A stretch of DNA of 64,000 bases from Cryomorpha sp. GTDB taxonomy: Bacteria; Bacteroidota; Bacteroidia; Flavobacteriales_D; Cryomorphaceae. Below are positions 45,413-54,828 of the stretch, one piece after another. The notes beneath the pieces were generated by a model that was not told the DNA's origin, searched no databases, and was given only the letters and a program-made list of their open reading frames with translations. The translations under genes and the position numbers were made by a program. Position 1 is the first letter of the stretch. Each line of letters opens with the position of its first letter. The DNA is taken from positions 67,926-131,925 of the forward strand of contig CBDDKU010000029.1 in the NCBI GenBank assembly GCA_965230375.1. Direction: 5' to 3'.

Positions 45413-48400
45413 TTAGTTCAGAATCACAAGTTTTTCGAACTTTTCAACTTGTTCTCCTGAAGGGTTTCTAACAGACAATTTGTAGACATAAACTCCCGTA
45501 GCAAGTTTATCTCCATAATCATCTTTTCCATCCCATTTTATGGCTTCATTACGAAATCCATCTGTATTGGATACAGTATTTATGGATTTAACCAACTTTC
45601 CGCTCACCGTGTAGACTTGAATCAATACGTTCAAGAAGTCACAGCTCTGATTATGTTCAAAAAAGAAAGATGTATTCGTTGTAAACGGATTGGGGTAATT
45701 AAGAACCCGCTCAATGGCAAATTCATCCGACTCTGCGACTATAAACTCGATTTCTGCTTCGCTTGAATTATTGTGCACATCCCAAACCTTGAGCTTTAAG
45801 GTGTGATTGCCCGGCTCAAGCTCATCGAACTGGTATTGAACCCGACCACTTCGGTACGTATTCAAATCTGATTCGTAATAGTCGTTCAAGACGATTGAGT
45901 TTTGGGTATCTCCATCCAATACTGCAGAAATATCGTGCCCGACACCGCTCCCAACTGTATTTATACCATTCGGGTCAAAAACTTCGGCAATCAAGACTGG
46001 TGTGCCATTGGTATACCCTCCGAAAACAAAATTTTCATCATTGAGGTAAAGACTGACATCTGGACCCTGCCCATCATCTACGGCATTTTCGTCACGGCCA
46101 CCTATCACCAGCTCGTTAGCGAAGCCGGTGGCATCTTCAGTGAGACCAACGGCGTATAAACTAATTCTGGCTGTCGTATCCGTAGCGAAAGAAATATCCT
46201 TTGGAATAACAAAATCAAATTCGAATTGGCCATTCGTTACTTCGGCGTTTCCTCTATACACAACGTTTTCTTGAGTAGGATATGTGAAAGGGTTTCCACC
46301 ATCGTTCGCAAGCGTGGTTTTTTCTTCGATCCTGTCAAACACAGTGGCGTTCAATCGCCCATTAAAATCAGGTAGTACATTTCCAAACTGATCTCTAATT
46401 TCTCCAGTCACTCTGGCAACACCTAGTGCTTTCAACGTATCAATAGGTGCCCCGAGCGTATCTGTGATTGCCGAAATTTCTGCTCGGTATTTCGGAATAG
46501 CCATTGGAAGCGCTGGGTCACCAATCAATGAAAAGTTCCGATGATTAGAGCTACTCGCAGACAATGAACTGTTCTTACATTCTCTACTAACATCTCCAAG
46601 ACGGGTAACAACTTCACCATCGGGTCTATTAAAGAGAGCATCGTAAAAGCGTTGATTCAAGGTGAAGTTGGGTGCAGAGTACACTAGCCTTGTTGTAGTA
46701 AGAAGAGCAATACCACCACCGTTTCCATTGAGTAGTACCATCTCGCCAGCCGATGTTCGTAGGGGGTCATCAAACCTTGTAAACTCACATGTGGCTGTCA
46801 TGAACACTGGAAGTTGGGTGGAGTTATTCCAGTCGAGAATGGTCGGAATATCCAATATGCGCTCTTGTGCCCAACCAAGCTCCCCTCCGTGTCCGATGTA
46901 GTTTATAATAAAGGCACCATTTCTCACTCTCCGATCTATTGCTGCGTTTACATCGGGGTATCGTTCTCCACCCGGGGTAGCAATTTGCTGAAAGGCATCT
47001 GTAAAAATCCTCTCAATATTGTAATCGCTCGTGTAGCCATTAATTTGGTTACCAATGGTACGAGAGTTACTCATGTGCGAGTTCGTATCTTCATCATCTG
47101 CGACCAAGGCTATGGCGTTTCGCCAAGCACCAAAATTGCTCGCATTATTGCCACAAACCGTGCAGTTATCATCAAAGGTCTGCTCATTGATTTCAACATA
47201 CCTTCTAATCTTATTGACTACAGAAGTAGCTTCTTGAATATTCTTAGCAACAATTCGTCCCACACCGATATCCATTACATCCAGATTCCCTTGACCTTCA
47301 TCATCAGAGAGGAACCCAAAATAATCGTCAGAAACAAAAGAGTTAGCTGGTTCAAGTGAATTCAAAGACTGGAATGTGGGTATAAGGTTTGTATTCCCAG
47401 CAGTGAAGTTTCGATTATCAAAAGAGCCGTCACCAAATAAGAGTAAGTAACTCGGCATGTCGGGTTCTTGACCGTTAGCTCGATCATAAAACATTTTCAT
47501 GAACCATTTAATAGCTGTCACATCGCGCATCCCTGAAGAGAATTCGTTATAGATGTGATTCACGTCAACCACCTCCACATTAAGCGGGTCTGGGTCGTAA
47601 TTTCGATGTATGTCCGCAAGCTCTTCGGCTTTATCCATAAAGATGGTTGGTGCTACGATCACCATATCTACCACACCATCTTGCCCTAGACCGTGAAGAT
47701 TTTGATTGCCTACCGGCCCAAACAATCGAACGCTTTTATATCCACCCGAAAATGCTACAAACTCTTTCAATTCGTCGGTAGGAAATGTAAACGACAAAAT
47801 TCCTCCTTCGAGAATACCATTAATCCTTTTCGGGGTTGTCGGTTGGGTAACATCCCAAACTTCGTTTATACCAGATGCATTTGAAATGTTGAACTTTGAC
47901 ACATTACCGTCTCCAACTGATCGAATATCTCTAAAAATCATTTGGGAGCCCGACATCTCGAGGTCACGCCTTACATTAACGTTGAGCCAATTTAGCCAAC
48001 CACTTGCCGATGGTGCGTTCTTTTCATAAGAAATAGTCGTAAATACATTAGGGTTGCCGTTCGGAGCGACAATTTCCAACTCTTTACTTACTCCAAAGTC
48101 TGAAGTCACATTGGTTCCTACCCTTGAAAACAACTCGAAATCTGAAACTCCATTGGATGAAAGCTCAAATTTGCAGCTTCCAGTAACAGTGGTTCTAGAA
48201 AGGAGCTCTGCTCTAATTGTCAAATCTTCTCCTTGCACTAAGTTCGGGAATGTGAATTTGTCACCGCTAAAAGTCCGAGTCGTTTGTACATCAAACTTCT
48301 CTCCGTACCACACACGCCCACTTTTGATCATGTTTTCACGATCTACTTCATGAAATGCATAATCATCAAATGAGTCAACCTGTCTATTTGGGGATTGTCC

Positions 48401-49288
48401 GGATGAGATGACATTTCCGATTCTCGAAGCCAGATGTCCAGTATTAATTCCTATGAAATAATAAGAGGTATCTACAAATTCGTGTTTGTGATGGTCAAAC
48501 AAATCATCATTTTCATTGTAAGTCCATTGATGGGGGCCCTTTCCGTAAAAGAGAATAAAGTCATCTTCATCGAATGACTCATCCGACTCCCCTTCTATAT
48601 ATATGTCATTTTGAATCAAGTCATCCGGTCGCTCAATATCATTCTCATATGGAAGCTGTCCGATTCCATTACCAAATACATTGAGGCTACGTGGGTTTAG
48701 GTTTTCAACATCAATTCCCAGCTGAGCTAAATCGTCAGCTGATATGCGGTACACACCATCATCAACCACACCTATTTTATACCACTCGCCAGTTGCAAGG
48801 ACACTTGTTGACTTGAAGGTTCCATTTTTTGCTCTCGACACATTAGGGCCTTTAGTAATGTTGAGTTCAAATTTTTCAACTCGATAATAGTTACCCGCAC
48901 TTTCAACTATTGGAACAAATTCGAAAACGACAACACCAGTTCCGCGCTCATCCTTTCGAGCCCATTTCAAAGACTCGGCACCTATTGGACTGTCGGGTCT
49001 TGCCATACTGAGTGACTCTCCTAACTCCAAAACTCTCAATGAAACCTGGCTGGCACCGCTTCCTTTTCCTAGAGTCTCTTTTCCCAAATAGATTGGCAAT
49101 CCACCTTTTTCTATGCTATTAATGCAACCGTGACAAGTAGGAACCGAAACAGTTCCATCTTCAAGTTCGATTACAGCAAATTCATTCCCCCAATTAATCT
49201 CATTTCCAGATCGCTCTTGACCGAAACTCGCAGACGCGAAAAGGACTGAAATGACTGATATTAAAGGGGCAATAAGTCTCATAAGCAT
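45413..49288 (-). CDS. porU: T9SS C-terminal signal peptidase/sortase PorU (C25 gingipain-like)
   Basis: 1291 aa with a signal peptide. The central peptidase-like region has YINYIGHGGE (His) and MTATCEF (Cys). It carries its own CTD-like end (VYVYKLSV...KLVILN). It is adjacent to porV and gldJ, as in Flavobacterium johnsoniae. Confidence 0.85.
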   Translation of the reverse strand: MLMRLIAPLISVISVLFASASFGQERSGNEINWGNEFAVIELEDGTVSVPTCHGCINSIEKGGLPIYLGKETLGKGSGASQVSLRVLELGESLSMARPDSPIGAESLKWARKDERGTGVVVFEFVPIVESAGNYYRVEKFELNITKGPNVSRAKNGTFKSTSVLATGEWYKIGVVDDGVYRISADDLAQLGIDVENLNPRSLNVFGNGIGQLPYENDIERPDDLIQNDIYIEGESDESFDEDDFILFYGKGPHQWTYNENDDLFDHHKHEFVDTSYYFIGINTGHLASRIGNVISSGQSPNRQVDSFDDYAFHEVDRENMIKSGRVWYGEKFDVQTTRTFSGDKFTFPNLVQGEDLTIRAELLSRTTVTGSCKFELSSNGVSDFELFSRVGTNVTSDFGVSKELEIVAPNGNPNVFTTISYEKNAPSASGWLNWLNVNVRRDLEMSGSQMIFRDIRSVGDGNVSKFNISNASGINEVWDVTQPTTPKRINGILEGGILSFTFPTDELKEFVAFSGGYKSVRLFGPVGNQNLHGLGQDGVVDMVIVAPTIFMDKAEELADIHRNYDPDPLNVEVVDVNHIYNEFSSGMRDVTAIKWFMKMFYDRANGQEPDMPSYLLLFGDGSFDNRNFTAGNTNLIPTFQSLNSLEPANSFVSDDYFGFLSDDEGQGNLDVMDIGVGRIVAKNIQEATSVVNKIRRYVEINEQTFDDNCTVCGNNASNFGAWRNAIALVADDEDTNSHMSNSRTIGNQINGYTSDYNIERIFTDAFQQIATPGGERYPDVNAAIDRRVRNGAFIINYIGHGGELGWAQERILDIPTILDWNNSTQLPVFMTATCEFTRFDDPLRTSAGEMVLLNGNGGGIALLTTTRLVYSAPNFTLNQRFYDALFNRPDGEVVTRLGDVSRECKNSSLSASSSNHRNFSLIGDPALPMAIPKYRAEISAITDTLGAPIDTLKALGVARVTGEIRDQFGNVLPDFNGRLNATVFDRIEEKTTLANDGGNPFTYPTQENVVYRGNAEVTNGQFEFDFVIPKDISFATDTTARISLYAVGLTEDATGFANELVIGGRDENAVDDGQGPDVSLYLNDENFVFGGYTNGTPVLIAEVFDPNGINTVGSGVGHDISAVLDGDTQNSIVLNDYYESDLNTYRSGRVQYQFDELEPGNHTLKLKVWDVHNNSSEAEIEFIVAESDEFAIERVLNYPNPFTTNTSFFFEHNQSCDFLNVLIQVYTVSGKLVKSINTVSNTDGFRNEAIKWDGKDDYGDKLATGVYVYKLSVRNPSGEQVEKFEKLVILN

Positions 49289-49495
49289 AGGTACTCAACA
49301 ATAACTTTACAATTGTACGGAACATTTCCCCATGATAAATGGCAACCCAAGTGATGAAAAAACGTACTTTTAACCGTAAACATCAGAAAAACGAAGGTCT
49401 GCAATATATATTGTTCACGGATGAGTAGCGACATCTGTAGTTTAAAAAAATTCGTATAATTGAGGCTTTAAAAATCTGGAATTCTAACGGCATAT

Positions 49496-50473
49496 ATGTT
49501 GAGAAAACCTATAGCACTGGCAGTTGTATTGTGTACAATATGCTGTTTTACATTCGTAGAAAAGGCATCGGCTCAAGATCCGGCATTCACGCAGTTTTAT
49601 GCGAATCCGCTGTATTTGAACCCTGCTCTGGCGGGAACGAATAAATGTCCTCGGGTGGTTATGAACTATCGTAACCAATGGCCTGCACTTACGGGTAATT
49701 TCGTGACGATGTCAGCATCTTATGACCAATATGTCCCTGTGATCAGTGGTGGACTCGGATTCTATGTAATGAATGACAATGCTGGTCAAGGAACCTTGAA
49801 TTCATTCAACATCAACGCTATTTATTCATACCAATTGAATATTACAGATGATATCTCAATGGTAGCAGGATTTCAAGCGACATATTTCCAACGTTCACTA
49901 GACTGGAGCCAACTTACATTTGGTGACCAAATTGACCCAAGACGAGGATTTATTTACAATACACAAGACACACCGCGTGGTGGAACCGTAGATAATGTCG
50001 ATTTCTCTTCTGGATTAGTTGTCTTTAGTGAAACCTTTTATGGGGGAGTTGCCGTACACCACTTATTTGAACCAAATGAGTCATTGATTGTGGCAGAGTC
50101 TCCTTTAGAAAGAAAATATACAGTTCACGCTGGAGCCACCATTCCTATCAATAAGGATGTGAAAGGTAATTCAGAGACTACAATTTCTCCTAATGTTCTC
50201 TACCAACGTCAATACGACTTTGAGCAAATAAACCTTGGAGTCTATATCAAGAAAGGTCCACTAATTGGGGGGCTCTGGTATAGATTCGACGATTCTTTTA
50301 TCGTCTTAGCCGGAGTTGAAACTGAACGTATCAAAGTAGGATACAGTTATGACCTTACTACAAGCCGTTTGACAACAAAAACGGCTGGATCGCACGAATT
50401 ATCGCTTGCGTTGAAGTTCAACTGCCGTCCTAAATCGAAGAAATTCCGGGCAATAAACTGCCCACAATTCTAG
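49496..50473 (+). CDS. T9SS membrane protein, PorP/SprF family (second paralog)
   Basis: 325 aa. Features: QDPAFTQFYANPLYLNPALAG and AGSHELSLALKF...F, the same family pattern as the product of 1223-2236. It ends 34 nt upstream of gldJ. Confidence 0.85.
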   Translation: MLRKPIALAVVLCTICCFTFVEKASAQDPAFTQFYANPLYLNPALAGTNKCPRVVMNYRNQWPALTGNFVTMSASYDQYVPVISGGLGFYVMNDNAGQGTLNSFNINAIYSYQLNITDDISMVAGFQATYFQRSLDWSQLTFGDQIDPRRGFIYNTQDTPRGGTVDNVDFSSGLVVFSETFYGGVAVHHLFEPNESLIVAESPLERKYTVHAGATIPINKDVKGNSETTISPNVLYQRQYDFEQINLGVYIKKGPLIGGLWYRFDDSFIVLAGVETERIKVGYSYDLTTSRLTTKTAGSHELSLALKFNCRPKSKKFRAINCPQF

Positions 50474-50507
50474 TTTTACTAGGGAAACCTGCATAGAAAC
50501 TATTATC

Positions 50508-52253
50508 ATGAAAACGAAGTCTAACCTACTTACCAATGCCATTGCTGCGATTGCTGGGATTTTAATCTTCAGCGCCTGTAGCTACGAAGGTTCGAATACG
50601 ACCGGATGGGAGTATAACGACCCGCGAAATGGTGGATTTGAAAAAGTACCATACTACGAGCAAGAAACGGGCCCTGGCTTGATCTTGATTGAAGGGGGTA
50701 CCTTCACAATGGGTGCTACTGAGGAGCAAGTCATGGAAGACTGGAATAACATTCCACGTCGCGTTACTGTTTCTTCTTTTTACCTCGATGAAGTGGAAGT
50801 AACTAATCACGCTTGGTTGGAATACCTATACTGGTTGAAGCGCGTATATGGTGATGACTACCCTGAGATTTACAACAAAGCCCTTCCAGATACTTTGGTT
50901 TGGAGATCAAAGCTCGCTTACAATGAGCCATACGTAGACTACTATCTGCGTCACCCGGCTTATAATGATTACCCTGTAGTAGGTGTAAACTGGTTGCAGG
51001 CCAATGATTATTGTGCATGGCGTTCAGATCGTGTTAATGAAGCTATCTTGATTCGTGAAGGCTTATTCGAGCACTTTCCACAACAAATCAATGAAGATCA
51101 CTTTAGCACAGACGCCTATCTAGCTGGACAGTATGAAAGTGGTAAACGCGTTGACGGGCTTCCCGATTTAGATCCGGATAATGACTTCAGAAATGTTCGT
51201 ATGGAAGATGGTATTCTTCTACCTCGATACAGGCTTCCAACAGAAGCTGAGTGGGAGTATGCTGCCTATGGGTTGATTGGTAATACATACCAAGAATTGA
51301 TCACTGACAAGAAAGTCTATCCATGGAATGGACACTTCGTGCGTGATGGTAACAACAACAGCCGTTTCTACGGTGAGTACGTTGCAAACTTCAAGAGAGG
51401 ACGTGGTGATAACATGGGAACAGCTGGTTCGCTTAACGATAATGCCGATATCACAGCTAATGTATACGCATACCAGCCAAACGACTACGGTCTTTACAAC
51501 ATGGCGGGTAACGTAAGCGAATGGGTTATGGATGTTTATCGTCCTTTGAGCCCTGAGGACGTAGATGATTTCCGTCCTTTCCGTGGTAACGTGTTTGAAA
51601 CAAAGGTCCTCAACAGTGAAGGAAACATCGACGATAAGTTGACAATCGTAACATACGATGTTGAGGGTGTTGCCACTTACATTGCACAATTTGCTAAACT
51701 CACTGAAGGAAAACTCAATCCAGAAGAACAACAGCTTATCGACAACCTGATTTCATACTCAGATCAAGCCAATGAGCGTTATGAAGATGGTAAGTTTGAA
51801 GAAGCCAACACACTCATTAGAGATGGTATTCAGGAAATCCAATCGAGTGACTTGCGTATTGCCCCAGAGCTATTGAGCGGATATGGCGACTATGTACAAG
51901 ACACTCCAGGTGAGCTACGCATGCGTAAGGTTCGTCCTGAAGAAAACATTGACAGAGATAACTACCGAATTGCCGACAACATCAATTTCCGAGATGGAGA
52001 CTTGGAGTCGAGCAAGGACTATATGCTAGCTGGTTCTGGAGCGAGCGAAAACAGCATGTACGATTACGGTACCACAACATTGATCAGCAATCGCTCACGA
52101 GTTTATAAAGGAGCTAGCTGGAATGACCGAGCATACTACCTGAGCCCTGGAACAAGAAGATTCCTGGATGAACGTAAGTCGAAATCTACGCTTGGTTTCC
52201 GATGCGCGATGGATCGCGTAGGAAGCCCGGTAGGACTTAACCAAAGTAAGTAA
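50508..52253 (+). CDS. gldJ: Gliding motility lipoprotein GldJ (FGE-sulfatase/SUMF1-like fold)
   Basis: 581 aa with a lipobox (IFSAC). Features: TGWEYNDPRNGGF, GGTFTMG, YPVVGVNW..A..YC.WR, LPTEAEWEYAA and GFRCA. Confidence 0.9.
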   Translation: MKTKSNLLTNAIAAIAGILIFSACSYEGSNTTGWEYNDPRNGGFEKVPYYEQETGPGLILIEGGTFTMGATEEQVMEDWNNIPRRVTVSSFYLDEVEVTNHAWLEYLYWLKRVYGDDYPEIYNKALPDTLVWRSKLAYNEPYVDYYLRHPAYNDYPVVGVNWLQANDYCAWRSDRVNEAILIREGLFEHFPQQINEDHFSTDAYLAGQYESGKRVDGLPDLDPDNDFRNVRMEDGILLPRYRLPTEAEWEYAAYGLIGNTYQELITDKKVYPWNGHFVRDGNNNSRFYGEYVANFKRGRGDNMGTAGSLNDNADITANVYAYQPNDYGLYNMAGNVSEWVMDVYRPLSPEDVDDFRPFRGNVFETKVLNSEGNIDDKLTIVTYDVEGVATYIAQFAKLTEGKLNPEEQQLIDNLISYSDQANERYEDGKFEEANTLIRDGIQEIQSSDLRIAPELLSGYGDYVQDTPGELRMRKVRPEENIDRDNYRIADNINFRDGDLESSKDYMLAGSGASENSMYDYGTTTLISNRSRVYKGASWNDRAYYLSPGTRRFLDERKSKSTLGFRCAMDRVGSPVGLNQSK

Positions 52254-52280
52254 GCTTACTCAGTTTAAAACTTTTAAAAA

Positions 52281-52316
52281 AGCCCGATACCTTCGAGTAT
52301 CGGGCTTTTTATTTTT
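52281..52316 (+). terminator. Rho-independent terminator after gldJ
   Basis: A perfect 10-bp stem (AGCCCGATAC at 52281-52290, GTATCGGGCT at 52297-52306) with a 6-nt loop, followed by TTTTATTTTT. Confidence 0.85.
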
Positions 52317-52317
52317 G
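52310..52317 (+). promoter_or_regulatory. Candidate -7 promoter box (TAnnTTTG) for murF, embedded in the terminator T-tract
   Basis: TATTTTTG ends 4 nt before the murF ATG at 52322. Confidence 0.25.
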
Positions 52318-52321
52318 ATCT

Positions 52322-53605
52322 ATGTACATCGAAGAAATCTACAAACAATACACCACTACCCCAGTAGTTACCACTGACACAAGAAAGGATCTAGCAGGAA
52401 GCTTATTCTTCTGTCTGAAAGGTCCAAATTTTGATGCGAATGACTTTGCAGAAAAGGCCGTAGAGCAAGGTGCTAGTCTTGTGGTTTCTGATGATGAAAA
52501 AAACAGAGCGATAAAGGGTGTTGTTGTGGTAGACGATGCTTTAAAGACACTTCAAGACCTCGCCAACTATCATCGACGTCAATTCAAATTTCCGGTTATT
52601 GGCTTAACAGGGAGCAATGGAAAAACAACGAATAAAGAGCTTATCCATGCCGTTTTGAGTAGTTCACTTCGCACCTATGCCACCAAAGGGAATCTAAACA
52701 ATCACATTGGAGTTCCGTTAACACTTCTTGCTATACCACTGGATGCAGAAGTAGCCATAATCGAGATGGGAGCAAATCATCAGGGAGAAATTAAAATGCT
52801 ATGTGGTATTTCAGAGCCAGATTTCGGAATGATCACAAATATCGGGAAAGCGCATTTGGAGGGGTTTGGTGGTGAAGAAGGAGTGAAAAAAGGTAAGAAA
52901 GAACTCTACGATTTTATTGAAAAAGCAAAAGGGAAGGTATTTGTGAATGGAAGCGATCCACTATTGATGGAGCTTTCATCACATCTCGATCGAACAGTCT
53001 ATAATTCCCTCGATAGCTCAGGCGCTCAAGGCAGATTGGTTCGCACTACACCTACGCTCTCATTTGAATTTCTTCAGGAAGATGGAGAGTGGTCAAACGT
53101 TGAAACCAACCTTGTTGGATCCTACAACTTTCCCAACTTAATGGCGGCGGTAGGTATCGGAAAATATTTCCAGATACCTGATGAGAAGATTGCTAGTAGC
53201 TTAGCATCGTACATACCCGAAAACAACCGTTCTCAGTTGACCAAAACGGACAAAAATCAAGTGGTTCTCGACGCCTACAATGCAAACCCGACAAGCGTCA
53301 TGGCCGCGATAGAAAATCTGAGTCAAGTTGATCACCCATCAAAATTAGCCCTGTTGGGACATATGATGGAACTGGGAGAGACATCTCTTGCTGAGCACCA
53401 AAAGGTAGCCGACTATCTGGCCGAATTGGGATTAGATGCCATATTGATTGGAAGCGAATTTGAAAAGGTCAAAACAGATTTCAAAAAGTTCCAAAATGTA
53501 GAAGTCCTTTCTGAATATCTCAGAAAGGACCCCATTTTAAATAGCTATATCCTTGTAAAAGGAAGTCGTTCAGTTCAAATGGAAAAAGTACTACCCGTAC
53601 TTTAA
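52322..53605 (+). CDS. murF: UDP-N-acetylmuramoyl-tripeptide--D-alanyl-D-alanine ligase
   Basis: 427 aa. Features: GLTGSNGKTT, EMGANH.GEI and DAYNANP.S. Confidence 0.9.
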   Translation: MYIEEIYKQYTTTPVVTTDTRKDLAGSLFFCLKGPNFDANDFAEKAVEQGASLVVSDDEKNRAIKGVVVVDDALKTLQDLANYHRRQFKFPVIGLTGSNGKTTNKELIHAVLSSSLRTYATKGNLNNHIGVPLTLLAIPLDAEVAIIEMGANHQGEIKMLCGISEPDFGMITNIGKAHLEGFGGEEGVKKGKKELYDFIEKAKGKVFVNGSDPLLMELSSHLDRTVYNSLDSSGAQGRLVRTTPTLSFEFLQEDGEWSNVETNLVGSYNFPNLMAAVGIGKYFQIPDEKIASSLASYIPENNRSQLTKTDKNQVVLDAYNANPTSVMAAIENLSQVDHPSKLALLGHMMELGETSLAEHQKVADYLAELGLDAILIGSEFEKVKTDFKKFQNVEVLSEYLRKDPILNSYILVKGSRSVQMEKVLPVL

Positions 53606-54744
53606 TCCTGAAGTACTGAACGAGAAATTACAATCTTCTGCACTTCGCTAGTTCCTTCGTAGATCTGCGTAATCTTCGCATCACGCATCAATCGCTCTAC
53701 GTGGTATTCTTTAACGAAACCATATCCACCGTGCACTTGCACAGCTTCTACTGTCGTTTCCATTGCCACGCGTGAAGCGAATAATTTTGCCATTGAAGAA
53801 GAAAGGTCGAAGTTTTCTCCGTTATCTTTTTCTTGGGCTGCTTTTAAACAAAGTAAGCGTGCCGCTTCGATTTCAGTTGCCATATCGGCTAGCTTAAATG
53901 CGATGGCCTGGTGCTGGTGAATTGGCTTTCCAAAAGCTTCGCGCTCCTTACTGTATGCTAAGGCCAACTCATAAGCTCCACTGGCAATACCAAGAGCTTG
54001 AGAAGCGATTCCAATTCGTCCACCTGAAAGTGTTTTCATGGCAAACTTGAATCCAAAACCGTCTTCACCAATTCTATTCTCCTTTGGAACTTTCACATCC
54101 TGAAACATCAACGTGTGGGTGTCACTTCCGCGGATTCCTAGCTTATCTTCTTTGGCTCCAACGATAAATCCGTCCATGTCCTTTTCAACGATAAGGCAGT
54201 TTATTCCGCGGTGACCTTTTTCTACGTCAGTCTGTGCGATCACAAGGTAAATTGATGCAGTTCCACCATTTGTAATCCAGTTTTTTGTTCCGTTCAATAG
54301 GTAGTGATCCCCTTTATCGATGGCCGTGGTTCGTTGCGATGTTGCATCCGACCCCGCTTCCGGCTCACTCAAACAAAAAGCACCAATCTTCTCTCCACTT
54401 GCAAGTGGCTTCAAGTACTTCTGCTTCTGCTCTTCTGATCCAAATTTCTCTATCCCCCAGCAAACAAGGCTGTTATTAACAGACATACAAACTGAAGCAG
54501 AGGCATCTATTTTGGAAATCTCTTCCATGGCCAAAACATAGGAAACGGTATCCATGCCACTTCCACCATATTCTGGGCTAACCATCATTCCCATAAAGCC
54601 AAGCTCTCCCAATTGTTTGATCTCTTCAGTTGGGAAGCGTTGCTCTGTATCTCTTTCGATAACGCCCGGCTTCAGGACATTTTGAGCAAAATCTCTCGCC
54701 GCATCACGTACTGCTACTTGCTCTTCAGTTAATTCGAAATTCAT
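53602..54744 (-). CDS. Acyl-CoA dehydrogenase (short/branched-chain type)
   Basis: 380 aa. Features: AFCLSEP.AGSD, the WITNG motif, QVHGGYGF..EY..ER..RDAKI..IYEGTSE.Q. Confidence 0.9.
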   Translation of the reverse strand: MNFELTEEQVAVRDAARDFAQNVLKPGVIERDTEQRFPTEEIKQLGELGFMGMMVSPEYGGSGMDTVSYVLAMEEISKIDASASVCMSVNNSLVCWGIEKFGSEEQKQKYLKPLASGEKIGAFCLSEPEAGSDATSQRTTAIDKGDHYLLNGTKNWITNGGTASIYLVIAQTDVEKGHRGINCLIVEKDMDGFIVGAKEDKLGIRGSDTHTLMFQDVKVPKENRIGEDGFGFKFAMKTLSGGRIGIASQALGIASGAYELALAYSKEREAFGKPIHQHQAIAFKLADMATEIEAARLLCLKAAQEKDNGENFDLSSSMAKLFASRVAMETTVEAVQVHGGYGFVKEYHVERLMRDAKITQIYEGTSEVQKIVISRSVLQD

Positions 54745-54828
54745 AATCGTAATCGTTGGATTTGATTTAGGTGCCGCAAATTTAAAGCATTCGTGGAATT
54801 ATCCTACTTTGGTATTTCATATTACCAT

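Noticed and set aside
49354-49428. 24-codon basic mini-ORF (MKKRTFNRKHQKNEGLQYILFTDE) in the porU/porP divergent spacer.
   Set aside because: Nothing supports it beyond being open. It is more likely promoter or 5'-UTR sequence. The same applies to the 28-codon ORF at 21742-21828.
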